Below, one piece after another: positions 24,612 to 38,746 of a DNA stretch of 64,000 bases. Both the position numbers and the translations under genes were made by a program. The notes beneath the pieces are model-generated. The model saw only the letters and a program-made list of their open reading frames with translations. It searched no databases and was not told the origin of the DNA. Each line of letters begins with the position of its first letter. The stretch's first letter is position 1. Origin of the DNA: the human T2T-CHM13v2.0 reference genome, Homo sapiens; assembly GCF_009914755.1 (NCBI RefSeq), contig NC_060925.1; one strand, written 5' to 3'.

Positions 24612-26596
24612 AGAAAATTAAGCTAATGGGGTAGGGTGGGGAAAGATAATAATTAATTCTAGGGAAAATTAAAAGTCATGCAGGATATTATACTACATGA
24701 GTTAACTGTGATTAGCATTTAGGTAGTCATAATAATGTAAACAGTAAATGCTGCTCTAACCAAAATGTCAGTATATTTCTATTAAGAGGATGGTGGGGGA
24801 AGGGGACATTTTCCATAACAGGAGGTCTAGAGCAAAGGTGTAAACCTGCAAAGTCAAAAAGCAGCAATATACTCAGGTTATTTAGAAGTATGGATTAACA
24901 TCCAAAAGGATGAGCTAAGCGCCAAAAATAATGCTCTGGGGAGTGAGAAAAGAAGGTAAGGACAGTAGGGGTGTGATTTTTTTTTCATAATGAGTCTTGT
25001 AGGATTATTTCAACCTTTAAACTATTTGCATGTACTACTTTGATGAAGCTAAAAAGTTTTACTAGAAAATAAAAATAAAAGCATTTGTTCCTCCCTTCAA
25101 GAAAAAAACAGATAAGATTTTGCATGTGACTTTAGGGACCTTCATGGACTAGAAGTTAGGGACCCCTGAACTAGGTAGGGTTCCTAGGAGCATGAACATT
25201 CTATGGTTCCAGCACCATTTCAGCCCCCAAGCACCCCTCCTCTCTACAGCATCTTAGGAGAGAATGTAAGTTTTAGGAATGGAGTTTTCCAAACAGAATT
25301 AATCCAGCCTTAAGGGAATATCTCTTATTGTGCCCAGAGTTGTCATATGATAAAGTGGGAACCCAGTCTTTGTAGAGTAACACACATTCCAGGTATGTAA
25401 GTAGATATCCACAATCCAAATTTGTGACTTGGTTTTGTGCTCCGTGCTGCACATGGAATGGAAAGCGTAAACAAAGGAAAAGTTATTCAAATTAAGGATT
25501 GTTTTTCACACAGAGGCAGATGCTATCTGAACCCCCAAATACAGCATATACGATCTGTGAGTTCCACAGCTTCAATCACTGTTGAAATTGAACGGACTGA
25601 GTCAGTATTTGTATCCTGGCTCTCCCCATTGCCCACTGCATTATAATCTTCCTTATTAATCTAAATTGCTGCTAGCTGACCCAGGTAACAAACTGAAGGG
25701 GTTCTGGAAAAGAACTATCATGTGGTCCTGAAGTGAGTCTTCTTCATGCTTGTATGATGCTGGTATTCCTCAAGAGCAATCTATAAAATGAACCAGAGGC
25801 TACAGTTTTTAATAAAAAGTAATTTTGAAGCTGTCTCATAAGTCATGCCAATGGATTTTAAGCCCAAATGACAGTGTCTATAAACCTTTTACCTTCTGAA
25901 TCAGTGTAATTCATTTTGCTGGAAAGCATCACAGGAGGGAGGTCTTTGGTTTCATTTTTCTTAAATTTACTTACAAACCTATTTCTACATTAACAGTACT
26001 TGAAAGGCCCTCCTGAAGTCTCTGGCTTGGGGGAAAAAGGATCAGTAACAACAGACTTCCAAATTCAATGAGGATGAATACATGCCATACCACCAAGTTT
26101 TGCTTTTTATCAGGTTTGTGTGCTTGGCTGTGGGTAACAGTCTGGATTATTGGGGGGATTTCAGTGGGGCATGTTCCAGTAGTGAGTATTATCTGGTTGC
26201 CCTATATTCTGCCTGGACCTGGCTTCCTGGCCCAAGATTAGCTATGAGAGTGCAGCTGTGTGACCAAGGCCAGTCAGTGGCTGAGCAGGCACATGGTAAA
26301 CATCTGTGGGTGACCCAGTCTTCTTGGAGGACTTTCAAACTCACTCCCAACAGCCAACACAGGCTGCCAACAGCCCTAGAACCTCTCAGCCAGGCAGGAG
26401 GTTGGAAAAGTTGCAAAGAACTGTTAGCTTGAGATCTGAACATGTCGGTATTCCTGCGACAAAATTACTTACTTTAAAATGCTGCTCTGCTAAATTCTGT
26501 CTTTCTGGTCCTTTTATAAACTGTTCATGAGGGAGAATCCTCCTAAACTGATTCACAGATGGTTATATAATACTCCAGAATCATGACACTGGAGTC

Positions 26597-26857
26597 TTAT
26601 TTATTTTGAGACAACTTCTCTCTCTGTCGCCCAGGCTGGAGTGCAGTGGCACCATCACAGCTCACTTCAGCCTCAACCTCCCAGGTTCAAGCGATCCCCA
26701 CCTCAGCCAGCTGGGACAAGAGATGCACACCACCACGCCATGCTAGTTTTTGTGTTTTTTTGTAGAGACATGGTTTCACTATGTTGCCCAGGCTGGTCTT
26801 GAACTCCTGGGCTCAAGTGATCCTCCCGCCCCTGCCTCCCAAAATGCTAGGATTATG
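26597..26857 (-). mobile_element. Alu (J-type)
   Basis: Diverged reverse consensus. Confidence 0.9.
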
Positions 26858-28259
26858 AGAAGTCATTTTTTAATCTTTCACGTAAACATACTTTACTCAA
26901 AGTATCCTGACTAGGAACAAGCATTTGAGGACTCAAAGTCTCTCTATTCAAGTCTTCTACATTTTTGCCAAGAGGTTGCCTTTTGGGTGAATGTCCCATG
27001 CTAGGCATGAAAGAGTCCATTCCTCTCCTTCTGGCGTAATCTAAAATACCTCAGGCAGGAGATGTAGTATTTAAAGTGAAAATTCTGATTTGAATCTGAC
27101 ACTTTTAACTATCAGAGGATCACTGTGTCATGCTTTTATTCTCAACAGCTTGACGTTTTGTCTAGCAATCAAGAGGGTAAAGATATGACTCTCCAAAATA
27201 TCCTTCAGTACTTCCTTCCTCTTTAAATCAGCCATCCTTTCAGCTTGGCCCAAGGGGAAGCCAAAGATCATGGCATTCATTGGTTTAATGGACAATTAAT
27301 GAAATTATAAACAGAGAAGCTGGGCCTGCCACTTGCCTCTGACGGATCAATCTAGCACAGTTTATCTAGGTTCACAGTATAAAACTACAAGGATCCAAGA
27401 ACAAACAAGAACAAGACCGATTTTATACATTCTAGTTCTCCAGAATGCCGCAAAATGCATGTCACTCCTGCCCATAGTTGAAAGGAAACTAAGAAAGAAT
27501 CAATAGCAGGACAATCCATTTGTTCTTTCTCCATTGCACTAAAGACTCCCTTTGCTGGCCTGCATTCTGTATTGGGGTCAGAACAGGTTCTCTCATCAGG
27601 CTAGTATGTTTCAACCTTGGGATTGGTAGGGAGGAGCACATCTGAATTTTGAAGATTGAGGGATAATAGCTTGAAAATGAAGTGCTCTGTTTCATCACTT
27701 TTTTTTTTTTTTTCAGTTCATGGAAATCTATTTAGAAAATTTAACTTTATAGAAAAACATGAAAATTTTATGTTTTATCAAAGAAGACATAGCATGGGTT
27801 AAAAAAAGGTTGAGAAAATCTGGTTTAAGTCATTGATTAAGGACTCTGATGGACAGTGCTCAATACCTTGGCAGGTGTGGTAATAAAATCTTGGCTTTCT
27901 TTTTCACTTCCTCTCATGTATATGCCTATCCTTAAGTCTTTGGTTTTGACGGAATGGTTTGTATTTCTGTACGTTGTCTGCATTAACCTTAAACTCTAAC
28001 AACAAAGTAGCTTTATTAGCGGCTAAATTTCACCAACATCACAATCGCAATTAGCACAGTTTAAACCTTCCTTTTCTTTCCACTGTTTATGGCAAATTAT
28101 ACTTTTGTGAAACCCAATTTATACCAAATATGTAAATGTAAAAATAGTAGGAATGAACTTTCTCTTTCATTCGTTATTTCATCCAACAAAACACTGAGTG
28201 TCTATTGTGTGGCAGGAACACAAGCTGTTCACCAACTCTTACTCAACAGTCACACTAAC

Positions 28260-28367
28260 CTGTGTGAGAATAGATGTACCACAAGGCCCCCGTCAGGAGT
28301 GCTCCGATCACAAAGGCTGCAAACGCAATGCCCATCACGGTTAGGGTGTCCAGACCATGGAAAATTG
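28260..28367 (-). CDS. TGFBR3: TGFBR3 exon 16: transmembrane domain (108 nt)
   Basis: tag|CAATTTTC...ACACAG|gttagt; (P)[35 protein letters not shown](G). Confidence 0.97.
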
Positions 28368-30676
28368 CTATAAAGGAGAGAAACCGATACACACAACTTT
28401 TTGGTTAGTCTGCATCATGCATTGCAATTTTATATTTGTTTCACAAGCACTGTCATAAAGGTTGAGCACTAATAAAATCGGAGAATGCAATGAAGATTCC
28501 AATAAAATACACTGTATTTTGTAACTTGCAAATTTTTTTCAAAGGTTAAATGAAATTATCAGGTTTCCAAAGTATTCTCAGTTTGCAATTTATTTTGATC
28601 AACAAACTAACTAAAAAATCAGATTTGCAAACTCAGTAAAATCTTGTCTGTCATCTCATTGTCTCACTCTAAGGACCTACTATTTGAATGGAGGGTAGCT
28701 TGAAAATTCACAGGTTAAGATGCTTTGGAAAATAAAGTGAACTTCCATGATCAAAATCTGGCTTACTGCTGCTTATTCACTGAACATCTCCAAAAATGAC
28801 ACACTGCACAGAAAACACACACCTTAGAATACTTTATACACATATTTTTGTGAACATTTACAAGTATGAAAGATAACAGAAAGAAAGGAGAATATAGAAT
28901 AAAAATAAACTATTCCTGTGGATTATAACATTTCACCGATCTCCTCATATTAAACTCTTAATCTTAACAGCTTCATATTGTATCATTTAAAACAACCTAC
29001 TTTTTAACACTTTTCCAACCATGATCTTTCTATAAGGGGAACGGAAATACTTCCCAGTGGGGAGTGATGTCAGTTTTATGGTCAGCAAAACATATAAATA
29101 GAACCAATTGTTTCTCCATTTGGCAAAGGTTTTTATATTTGAAATTAATTCCAGGCCCCAGAAATAGAACATTTCCTTTCATTTAAGAGAACTACCTTCT
29201 TTGAGTCACTTATAAAAAGTTAAAATTGGTTTCCAAGGGGGAGGAGTTTTAGGTAGAATACAATTTCTAAGGTCTCTGGGTTTTGAATATAAGTGGGAAA
29301 TACAGGATCTCCCCACTATTATCATATTATTTCTACTTTCTGCTCCAGTCAGAAGCAACTCCAGTGATCTCTGTATAAATTAAATCCCTGCCTTTCAACT
29401 CACTTCAGTGTAAAGAAAGCTATTTTTTTTTTACATTGAAGACTGCCATACACTCCTGTGACCTTTGGGCAGCCCAGCACTCCAAAGGCTCGGGGAAAGT
29501 ATGCTGTGGTGGAACAAGTCTGGAAGGATCCGAACTCCCAAGTTCTGGTCCCCACTCTTCTAGACCTGTGCTCTTTGGTGTGTTCATTTACCTTCTGAAA
29601 AATGCGGATAGCTTTAGTCACCTGCTGAAGTCAGGTGGAGGAAGAGGTGGGAAGAGCTCCCTGGAGGTGAAGTTGAACCGAGCCATCAACCTATTTAATC
29701 TAGTCCTTAAAACTGATATTAGAAGATGATTTGCCTTTTTATACCCACAGATGCAAAAATTGAACATGATTACAAGTTTTTAATGAAACTATTCTAAATC
29801 TCCAAAGATAGATATGTGTCCATATGTGCCTCTGTTTGAGTTCATATTGTTCCATAATTTAAAAAAAATAATCCACTTAAGACAATGGTTTATGAAGTGC
29901 TTTGTGAAAGGAACTTTCCAGACTGATTGTTAAATGTAGTGAATCAGCCACGGAGACTAATCCTGGGAATCTTAGGAAAGGAAAAAAAGCACAGATTCAC
30001 AAATTCTCCTCACAAGACAACATTATCTAGAAGAGCTCTGGGTGGACAGCTGGGAAGTCCAGGTTGAAGTCCTGCCTCAATGCCAATGAGGCAGGAATAT
30101 TTCTGGGTCAGCATTTTCTTCTGCATAAAATAATGAAATTGGCCTAGACAATTTCCAAGTCCTTATTCTGCAGCAATTGGTGTTGCTTTCTCTTTCATTC
30201 TTACATGCTCTTCCTGGGGCCCCCAGCCCTTGCACTACGGATTGTCTTGAAAGTATAGCAATGAGTTCCCTTAGCATTACGCCTCTGAGCAGATAAATAT
30301 TGTTGATAAGACTTAAAGCAAACCACTTCCATGGCTGTATGTGAATTCTTGCAGGTTAGAGCAGACATAAGCATGCAAGTCATTAACTTGTCTCTCTAAA
30401 TAAGTTACTACCTTCCCATTCAAGCCATACATGCCAATGGATCAACAAATTAATATTTTAAAGTGGTAAAGGTGAAAGGGAAAAAGAAAGCAGGGATAAA
30501 CAAAGGACAGAGGAAAGGAAAAAATATGAGCAAAAAGGGGAAAGGGGAAGGGGGAAGGGGGAATGAGAGCAGAAGTCTCCTTATCAAAACTCAAAGTTTG
30601 GCAAATGTTCACTAACCAACTCATTCTTAGGAAAGCCCAGGAGGTTTTATTTCGAAATAGTTGCATAAAGACTTAC

Positions 30677-30718
30677 GTGGAGAAATTGGATTTGGTTCCT
30701 TCATGCTTGGACCTTTTT
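30677..30718 (-). CDS. TGFBR3: TGFBR3 exon 15 (42 nt, juxtamembrane stalk)
   Basis: cag|AAAAAGGT...CTCCAC|gtaagt; (E)KGPSMKEPNPISP(P). Confidence 0.95.
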
Positions 30719-31101
30719 CTGAAACAAAAACATAAATCACAATGTATTCTATGGAGAACCAAGATTTAAGCAAAGGGTCATCAAAGTCTCAGCAGAAACT
30801 GACACTTTTCCATTTGGTAATAAATACTGTGAGAAAGCTCTGTCAATGATCCTCTTTAGATATCAAAACTATAATGAGTTACCCAGAAATTTTAAGCATT
30901 GCATTTTGTTGACAATCAGTTGCATAGGCTCTCCAATTTGAAGAAAATTTGAAGGCAAACACCTAAACTTAGGGAATTTGGGTCCGACAATTTGTGTGTG
31001 TGTTTGTGTATATCTTTTTATTTACTTACAAAAAAATTCAATACCTTTAAGTACCATGCTTTTCCAGTGTAGTCTAATATTATTCTGCTTTCAAAATATT
31101 C

Positions 31102-31394
31102 TTTTTTTTTTTTTTTTTTTGAGGGTCTCACTTTGTTGCTCAGGCTGGAGGGCAGTGGCGCCCTCAGCTCACTGCAGCCTCCGCCTCCCAGGCAATCCTT
31201 CCATTTTAGCCTCCCGAGTAGCTGGAACTACAAGCATGTGCCACCACACCAGCTAATTTTTATATTTCTTGTAAAGACAGGATTTCACCACATTGCCCTG
31301 GCTGGTCTCTAACTCATGGGCTCAAGCAATCCATCCATCTGCCTCGACCTCCCAAAGGCCGAGGGACTATAGGCGCGAGCCACTGCGCCCAGCC
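31102..31394 (-). mobile_element. Alu (J-type)
   Basis: Reverse consensus; TSD ttcaaaatattcttt. Confidence 0.92.
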
Positions 31395-31499
31395 TTCAAA
31401 ATATTCTTTTAATTTAATATACACATTTTCTAAAAGTATCTTTGTTCTCCTAGCCTTAGTGCTATTATCCTATAGTTTAACTCCCCTTCATTGCTCATC

Positions 31500-32140
31500 A
31501 GGATTATCACAGAGGCCCCCTTATCTCCACCACTACCCTCCCCCCAATTATTTCCTCCTCCACATTTGCCCCCAGAGTGAATATTCTAGAGCCCAGAGCT
31601 GATCATGTTATAACCCTGACTAAACCCCTTGATGACTCTCCTTCCTTTATAGGGAAAAAAATCCACACTCTTTAACATGGCACACAAAGTTCTCCCTCCC
31701 TTCTCTATCCTCTCTCTCCAGCCTCCTTTCCTGATGGAGTCCTTCACCCATGGTGGGCTCCCCATACTTAGTAATTTAAGCTTCCCAAATTCTCTATGCT
31801 GCTCTTTGTCATCATGCTTTGCAAGCCATCCCAAGACACCCTCCTCCCCAGACCTGCTTTGTTGGCATTTTCTCTGGGGGACCTTTGCTGAGTCTCCCAC
31901 TGTTCCATCTCCATCCCAGCAGAGCTAGTCTCTCCCACCCTTGCTCATTCCATCCCTCCTCTGTTACACTTGGGCCACAATACCTCCTAGTTCTCTCTCT
32001 CTTTTTCTCTTTCTTTTGCTTTTTTTTTTTTTTTTTTTTTTTGCTGTGAGGGCAAGGTCTAGTTCTCAGTCATCTGTATATCCCCAAGGGCTCAGACTGG
32101 CATAGAATAGGTCTTCCAGAAATGTTTGGTGAAGGATGAT
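31500..32140 (-). mobile_element. L2 3' fragments
   Basis: Pyrimidine-rich L2-like phrases (ctgatcatgttataaccctgactaaacccctt; gagggcaagg...tatccccaagg); strand and limits approximate. Confidence 0.5.
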
Positions 32141-32479
32141 TAAAATGTTAATGTACTTTTTGCAAATGGAGGCCACAGAGGAAACCAGCAATCAGACTAT
32201 GAAGACGTTCATATGCAGTTTGCACCAGTGCCATGAAGAAGGCAGAAAAAAATTTTGTATCACTGTTTTGGAAATGAGCAGCCTGAGACTCTGATATCGT
32301 GTGACTAGAGCCCAAGGTCACAGCTGGAAAGCATCAGGGCAGAAGTTGAATCAGAATTCCAGAGTTCTGCCTAGCAGGCTAAATGACTGGTGAGCGTAGC
32401 TCTGTCCCTAGCTGGGGAAGCACTGATGAAGTAACTATTTGTGCACAGCTACTCATTATCCTCAGCAGTGAGGCTGAGA

Positions 32480-32790
32480 CCAGCGGTTGAGATATTATGG
32501 TCCACCACCTATTTTTGTATGGCCCATGAGCTAAGAATGAATTTTATATTTTGAAATGATTTTTTAAAAATCAAAAAAGGATATTTCATGACGTGAAAAT
32601 TATATGAAATTCAAATTGACTCCATAAATGAAGTTTTATATGGATGCAGCTATGCTTATTTACATACTGTCTATGGCTGCTTTCATGCTGTAACAGCAGC
32701 GTTGAGTTGTTGAGACAGGGATTGTATGAGCCACAAATAAAAAATAATCACTATCTGGTCCCTTACAGAAAAAGTGTGCTGAGTCCTGCT
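32480..32790. mobile_element. MER58-like hAT-Charlie DNA transposon
   Basis: cctatttttgtatggcccatgagctaagaatg...ttacagaaaaagt motifs. Confidence 0.7.
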
Positions 32791-33108
32791 ACAGACCTTG
32801 ACCCTACTCTTTGGAGTTTAAAAGTGATACATGTTTAGCACCTCTCTTTTCATCTCCATTTTCATTCACCACAGAAGGAACACACACCTTATGTCTGAAT
32901 TCACAGGGAAGCAAAAAGAACTTGGGAAAATGTGACCCAAACAAGCAGCATCTGAATTGATGTCTATAAAAATAAAGAAGCTAGACAGGATAAAAGAAAA
33001 CAGAATTGTAAATTCTCAGGATTAACCATCTCCGATGGGTGGGTCAACATTCTGGCCACATGAGTTATCAATGTCTGGCTCTAGGGGAAGGAATGCTACT
33101 GGATGAAT

Positions 33109-33163
33109 CAGAGCCACCACAATTGAATGGTGCCCCCTGGAGTTGTGCAACATAGTGGCCCTG
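33109..33163. mobile_element. MER91-like short DNA-transposon relic
   Basis: Imperfect terminal inverted ends cagagccac...gtggccctg around gccccctggagttgtgcaa. Confidence 0.5.
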
Positions 33164-34558
33164 GAATGAGGATATATGCAAAAGTATACTTAAATACAAT
33201 TACTAAGAAAATAAAAATGATTGTATGTTTTTAAGAAAATCTAATTCAGTATGCAGAACACACACTAATTACGCTAACTACAGAATGCACTACCCTGGGA
33301 GCTGGGTCCCATCAGCCTCATTGGCACCAATAACAACAATGATGCCTTACATTTGTACATTTGTATGGTGTTTTGCAATAGACAAAAAGCCTTCGGCCTT
33401 CACTTATATTGTCTCATTTTAAACTCCCAAGAACTCTATGAAGGAAGAGTATCTACCCACAAACTTCTCCTTTCAAGACGTAGTATTTGATTCCCTGAAC
33501 TAAGTTCAAAGGCATTTAAAGGTTGCTACAAGATGCATCATGTAAGAAATATACACACTTCTGGGAATAATTCCATCCAATCAACCACCCATGGTTAAAC
33601 TTTCTCACTCAGAATCCCCAAGCGGTTGAAAAATTATGACTCTCTCCTAAGGAGACCTCCCATGTAAGAGTTTAAGTTTTATAGTAAGGCCTGTGTGATG
33701 GATGGCATTGTTTTAAAATTCTTAATGGATTTCTGTTATGATCTAATCCTTTACCCCCACCCCAAATAGGAGCCTTCTCACAGAGCTAAACAGAAACAGT
33801 TGTTGTTCATTTCCCCTGGGTGAAGTCTCTTCGTGATTTCTGAGCACAAACAATAACAAGCAGAAGCTGCAGAACTGAGGTTAAAGAATTCTATCCTCGA
33901 ACTTTTCTCTTCCCGAATCCCTAAGAACCCCTGAGTATAACTAAAATGGCTTGATCTCCACCGGAACCCTACCATCGAGTTGGCATGCTGAGAGGAAAAG
34001 AGTGGACTCAACAATATTTACTTTTGGTTTAAGGATAAGATTAAGATTATAAGAAAGGAATCTTAGCTATTGCTGTAAAGAGAACTGTAACAATAAAGAT
34101 TTCTTTACAGAAAGGACAAACTATAATCAATGTTCTGAATTAAATCTTTTCATATACGCTGAGCAAATTTTGGTCTACCTCTAGAACCAAAATTCCCCTC
34201 TTCAGATTGTTCAGCATGGTTTTCATAAACGGGATATTTCTGGGGTTATGCATGAGTAACTGACCACAGCTTTTGGCCTTTAGTGCTCAATTTGGTACTA
34301 GGCACCATAGGACGGAGTGGGCCCACAGTGAAACAAGACGTCCAACTGGTACCCACATCTATTGGCATTTGGCAAAGAGAAGAATGGGGAGAGGAAGATT
34401 CCTCCTGGAGACTCAGGAGGTCTTTGTGCAGGCCCCATTTAAGACAGAGTTTTTACTAACTTAACGTCACTGTAACTGAACCCTTTTTCTGGATTCTTTC
34501 AATATTTATGATATTCATTGCAATTACTTGTTCACTTATCTGTATCCTGCCACTAGAC

Positions 34559-34786
34559 CAGTGTGTCTCACGTGGTGGGTGATTTTTATTCCAGGGGACA
34601 TTTGGAAACGTCTAGAGACATTTTGAATGGTTACAACTGGGCTGGTGGTGGGAGGGTGTTGCTACTAGCATGTAGTGGGTAGAGACCAGGGACACTGCTT
34701 AACATCCTGTAACACACAGGCAGCCCCCCAACTACAAAGGGTATTCCAGCCCAAACACTGATTGTACTGAGATTGAGAAACTTTGC
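34559..34786 (+). mobile_element. MER20 hAT-Charlie DNA transposon
   Basis: ccaggggacatttggaaacgtctagagacatttt...gagattgagaaac. Confidence 0.8.
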
Positions 34787-34953
34787 ACTAGGCTGTAAAG
34801 GCCTTAAAGACAAGATAATTTGTCCACTATACACCTACCATATTTTTTTGAATAAATAACCACAAATATCACGTATATTTTATTCTTGAGTACTTTCCCC
34901 AGCAATGCAACCTTCACACCATTTTCAGAGTAGCCTTCCTAAATGACCTAATC

Positions 34954-35105
34954 GCCGGGCGCGGTGGCTCACACCTGTAATCCCAGCACTTTGGGAGGCC
35001 GAGACGGGCGGATCACAAGGTCAGGAGATCAAGACCATCCTGGCTAACACTGTGAAACCCCGTCTCTACTAAAAATACAAAAAATAAAATAAAATAAAAT
35101 AAAAA
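34954..35105 (+). mobile_element. AluY-like left arm only, with (TAAAA)n tail and intact TSD
   Basis: gagatcaagaccatcctggctaacac (Y-like); TSD taaatgacctaatc at 34940-34953 and 35106-35119. Confidence 0.88.
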
Positions 35106-35350
35106 TAAATGACCTAATCATCAGTTTCCTGCTTGAGATCTTCTGATGGTTCTTAACTTTTAGAGGTACATACTGGAATATGTATGGATGAAATTAAATT
35201 AAATGTCTGGGTTTCCTTCAAAACAATCCAGTGGATGACAGAAAGTGATAAAACAAGATTCACCATAAATTGGCAATTGTTGAGACTTATTCTATTTTTG
35301 TATATATTTGAAATTTTTCAAAATAAAAAGGTTTTAAAATGTAAAATACT

Positions 35351-35745
<395 letters not shown>

Positions 35746-36632
35746 CTACCATCTTTCCACTCAGTTTCCCCTCACCTCGACCTCAGCTCGAGGACAAAAC
35801 CTGGCTGGTCCTTTAGAGTATTTTTATTCTGGAAAGATCAAATGTGTTCCAAAAAGTAATGCCTCTCTTGGATCAACTTCCAACTGACGTTCACAACTTT
35901 CCCTTCCTCAACCCTCCCTTCCCAAAAAACCTCTAGTTTGCTGAGAGGTTGAGAGGAAGGGGAGGAAATTAACATTTACTGAGTATCCAAGATATGCAGG
36001 CATTTTTATTTTTTAAAGTTAGGTGGTGAAAATACGGAGAAAATTCAGTATCTCAAACATTTAACTTGCTAAGAATTAAACACATCTATAGGTATGTAAA
36101 TCACGGCAAATTTTGGAATGATATTTATTGCTCCTGATGACATCCACATCCATGCTCTTCTGTGTATGTGCACTGTTTCAGAGAAATGGTTACTCCTCTC
36201 TTTCACAATTTAAAAAAAATCATCACCGACGTGGTGTAATCATTTTTACTGTATAAGCCCAAGTGTTCTCAAATGCTGTAAAAAGCGGTCACAGAATCCA
36301 AGGCAAACAGCACTAATATGCCTATACTTCAAAATTTCAGAAAATAGGGTAGGATGGCACCACCTCAACTATTTTAAATGTTTTGTCATAAACCATAATA
36401 TGCATAAACTATTTATGTTCTCTGGGCTTTCTGAGTTACTACTGAAAATCACAGAACTTCTCCTGAACTTTAATACTCTGCTAAACAGGTTACACATTTC
36501 CCAACATCTTAATCCTTTGGGTGAACAGACATTTTTCCTAAAATCCTTCATCTTCCTTTTAGTTCATAATCATTAGGGTATTTGGGGTGTTACCTTGAAT
36601 ACTAATGTGATATGGTATGAAAAGGGAGAAGA

Positions 36633-37019
<387 letters not shown>

Positions 37020-37039
37020 CTAGAATCAACCTCCATCTG

Positions 37040-37235
37040 GAATAAGGCATAGGGTTTAAGAGCACAGGCTCTGGAATCACAGTGCCTGAATTTGAATCCC
37101 AGATCCACCATTTATATGTTGTGTGCCCTTGGCCAAGTTATCACTATACAGAGGTGCTATGAGGATAAAATATAATAATCCACATAAAGCATTTAGCACA
37201 GAGCCTTGCACAAAGTAAATGCTCAACAAATGTTA
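37040..37235 (+). mobile_element. MIR
   Basis: ggtttaagagcacaggctctggaatc...aaagtaaatgctcaacaaatgttag. Confidence 0.75.
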
Positions 37236-37807
37236 GATCATCATCCTCATCTCCATCACTATCATCACCATCAGCTTTAAACTTTCATCTATTGTTAAAA
37301 ATTTAAATGGTAAAAGAACGCTAACCCAACACTGATTCCCAAGGGACTTAGAGATCAAAAGTGGCAAAGATGTGCTCAGGAAGGTTCCATTAAAAACAGT
37401 GGCCCAGAGGAGGAATCCAGAAACATTTTTATAGTCTTGATTGCCTACTTTCCTGTCCACAGAAGAAACACTAAAGTATGTCAATGCTATTGGCAGTGGT
37501 GGCCACAGAGCAGCTCTCTGCCCAGCTGTGAAGTTGCCAACCAGAGCCTTTATCTGCTGTCCCAGAAAATCCAAGTGTTGAAAAATAAGATGAACCAAAT
37601 GACCAGAGAGAGCTGGAGTTTTGGCATGGCCTTCAAAGAGCACCTGTGTAGTAAAAGCACAGTGAAGCGTCCCATTGGTTAGGAAATTTTTACCCAAAAA
37701 GTCACAGATTCTACAATAAAGAGACATAAAGCTGTCTGACAGGAAGGACATTCGTGACCTGTTATTATTCAAATAAACCAATGCAATTAGGCAAATGGTC
37801 ACAGTCT

Positions 37808-38116
37808 CTTTTCTTTTTTTTTTTTTTTTTGAGACAGAGTTTTGCTCTGTCCCCCAGGCTGGAGTACAGTGGCGCGATCTTGGCTCACTGCAACCTCTGC
37901 TTCCCAGGTTTAGGCAATTCTCTGCCTCAGCCTAAAGAGTAGCTGGGATTACAGGCGTGTGCCATGACGCCTGGCTAATTTTTTTGGTTTTTTTTTTAGG
38001 TAGAGACAGGGTTTCACCATGTTGGCCAGGCTGGTCTTGAACTCCTGACCTTGTGATCCACTCGCCTCGGCCTCCCAAAGTGCTGGGATTACAGGCGTGA
38101 GCCACTGCGCCCAGCC
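37808..38116 (-). mobile_element. Alu (S-type), full length
   Basis: Reverse consensus; TSD cacagtctcttttc. Confidence 0.95.
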
Positions 38117-38746
38117 CACAGTCTCTTTTCAAATGACTATTCCAATTCACCTTGAGGCAGAAAGCACAGACTCCAGTGGTCTGCATTGAGGATAAATGAT
38201 TTAGAGTCAAAAGAAAATAAACTTAAAAGGTGAGAGGAGTCACACACAGCTGAAACCTGCCAGAAAACTTACCCCAGTAAGCGCAAAGTTAGAAAGCAAA
38301 TTTGCATACAGCCCCTGGGAAGCTGGCCTACAGTTTAACCGCCTCAATTTATTTAACAAACCTAAGTAATAAACTTTCTTCACCCACATGCTTCTCAACT
38401 AAAATCTAGTCTCAATTAGCAAATCTCATAAAATTGCTTTGATATTTGGTAAAACTTTCCTCTTGAACTTTTATACAAGAAAACATTGAACTTTCAGTAC
38501 AATTATACTAAGTTTAAATAAAAGTAATTACCTAATTTGCAAGAGAAATTACTTAGAAAAATGTCACCAGGCTCAAAAGAAGAATGGATGAATTGCTGGA
38601 AGTTATACTGCGGCAATATTAATGCCTAATTATTGTCTGGCATGGGAAAAAGCAAGCCGCTGCCTTCAATTACTAGCAGAATTACCTCTCTCAAAATAGT
38701 TACGAGTAACAGATGGAATCCGAGGTAGCTGCTCTTATTGTTAAAT

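Larger units (their letters stand above)
22460..25080 (+). mobile_element. HAL1/L1-ORF1-type element (decayed), interrupted by duplication copy B and an Alu fragment
   Basis: L1 5'UTR- and ORF1-like phrases (gacttctcaacagcaa-like...gctagaagacaatg) and an A-rich 3' end near 25070, without recognisable ORF2. Confidence 0.55.
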
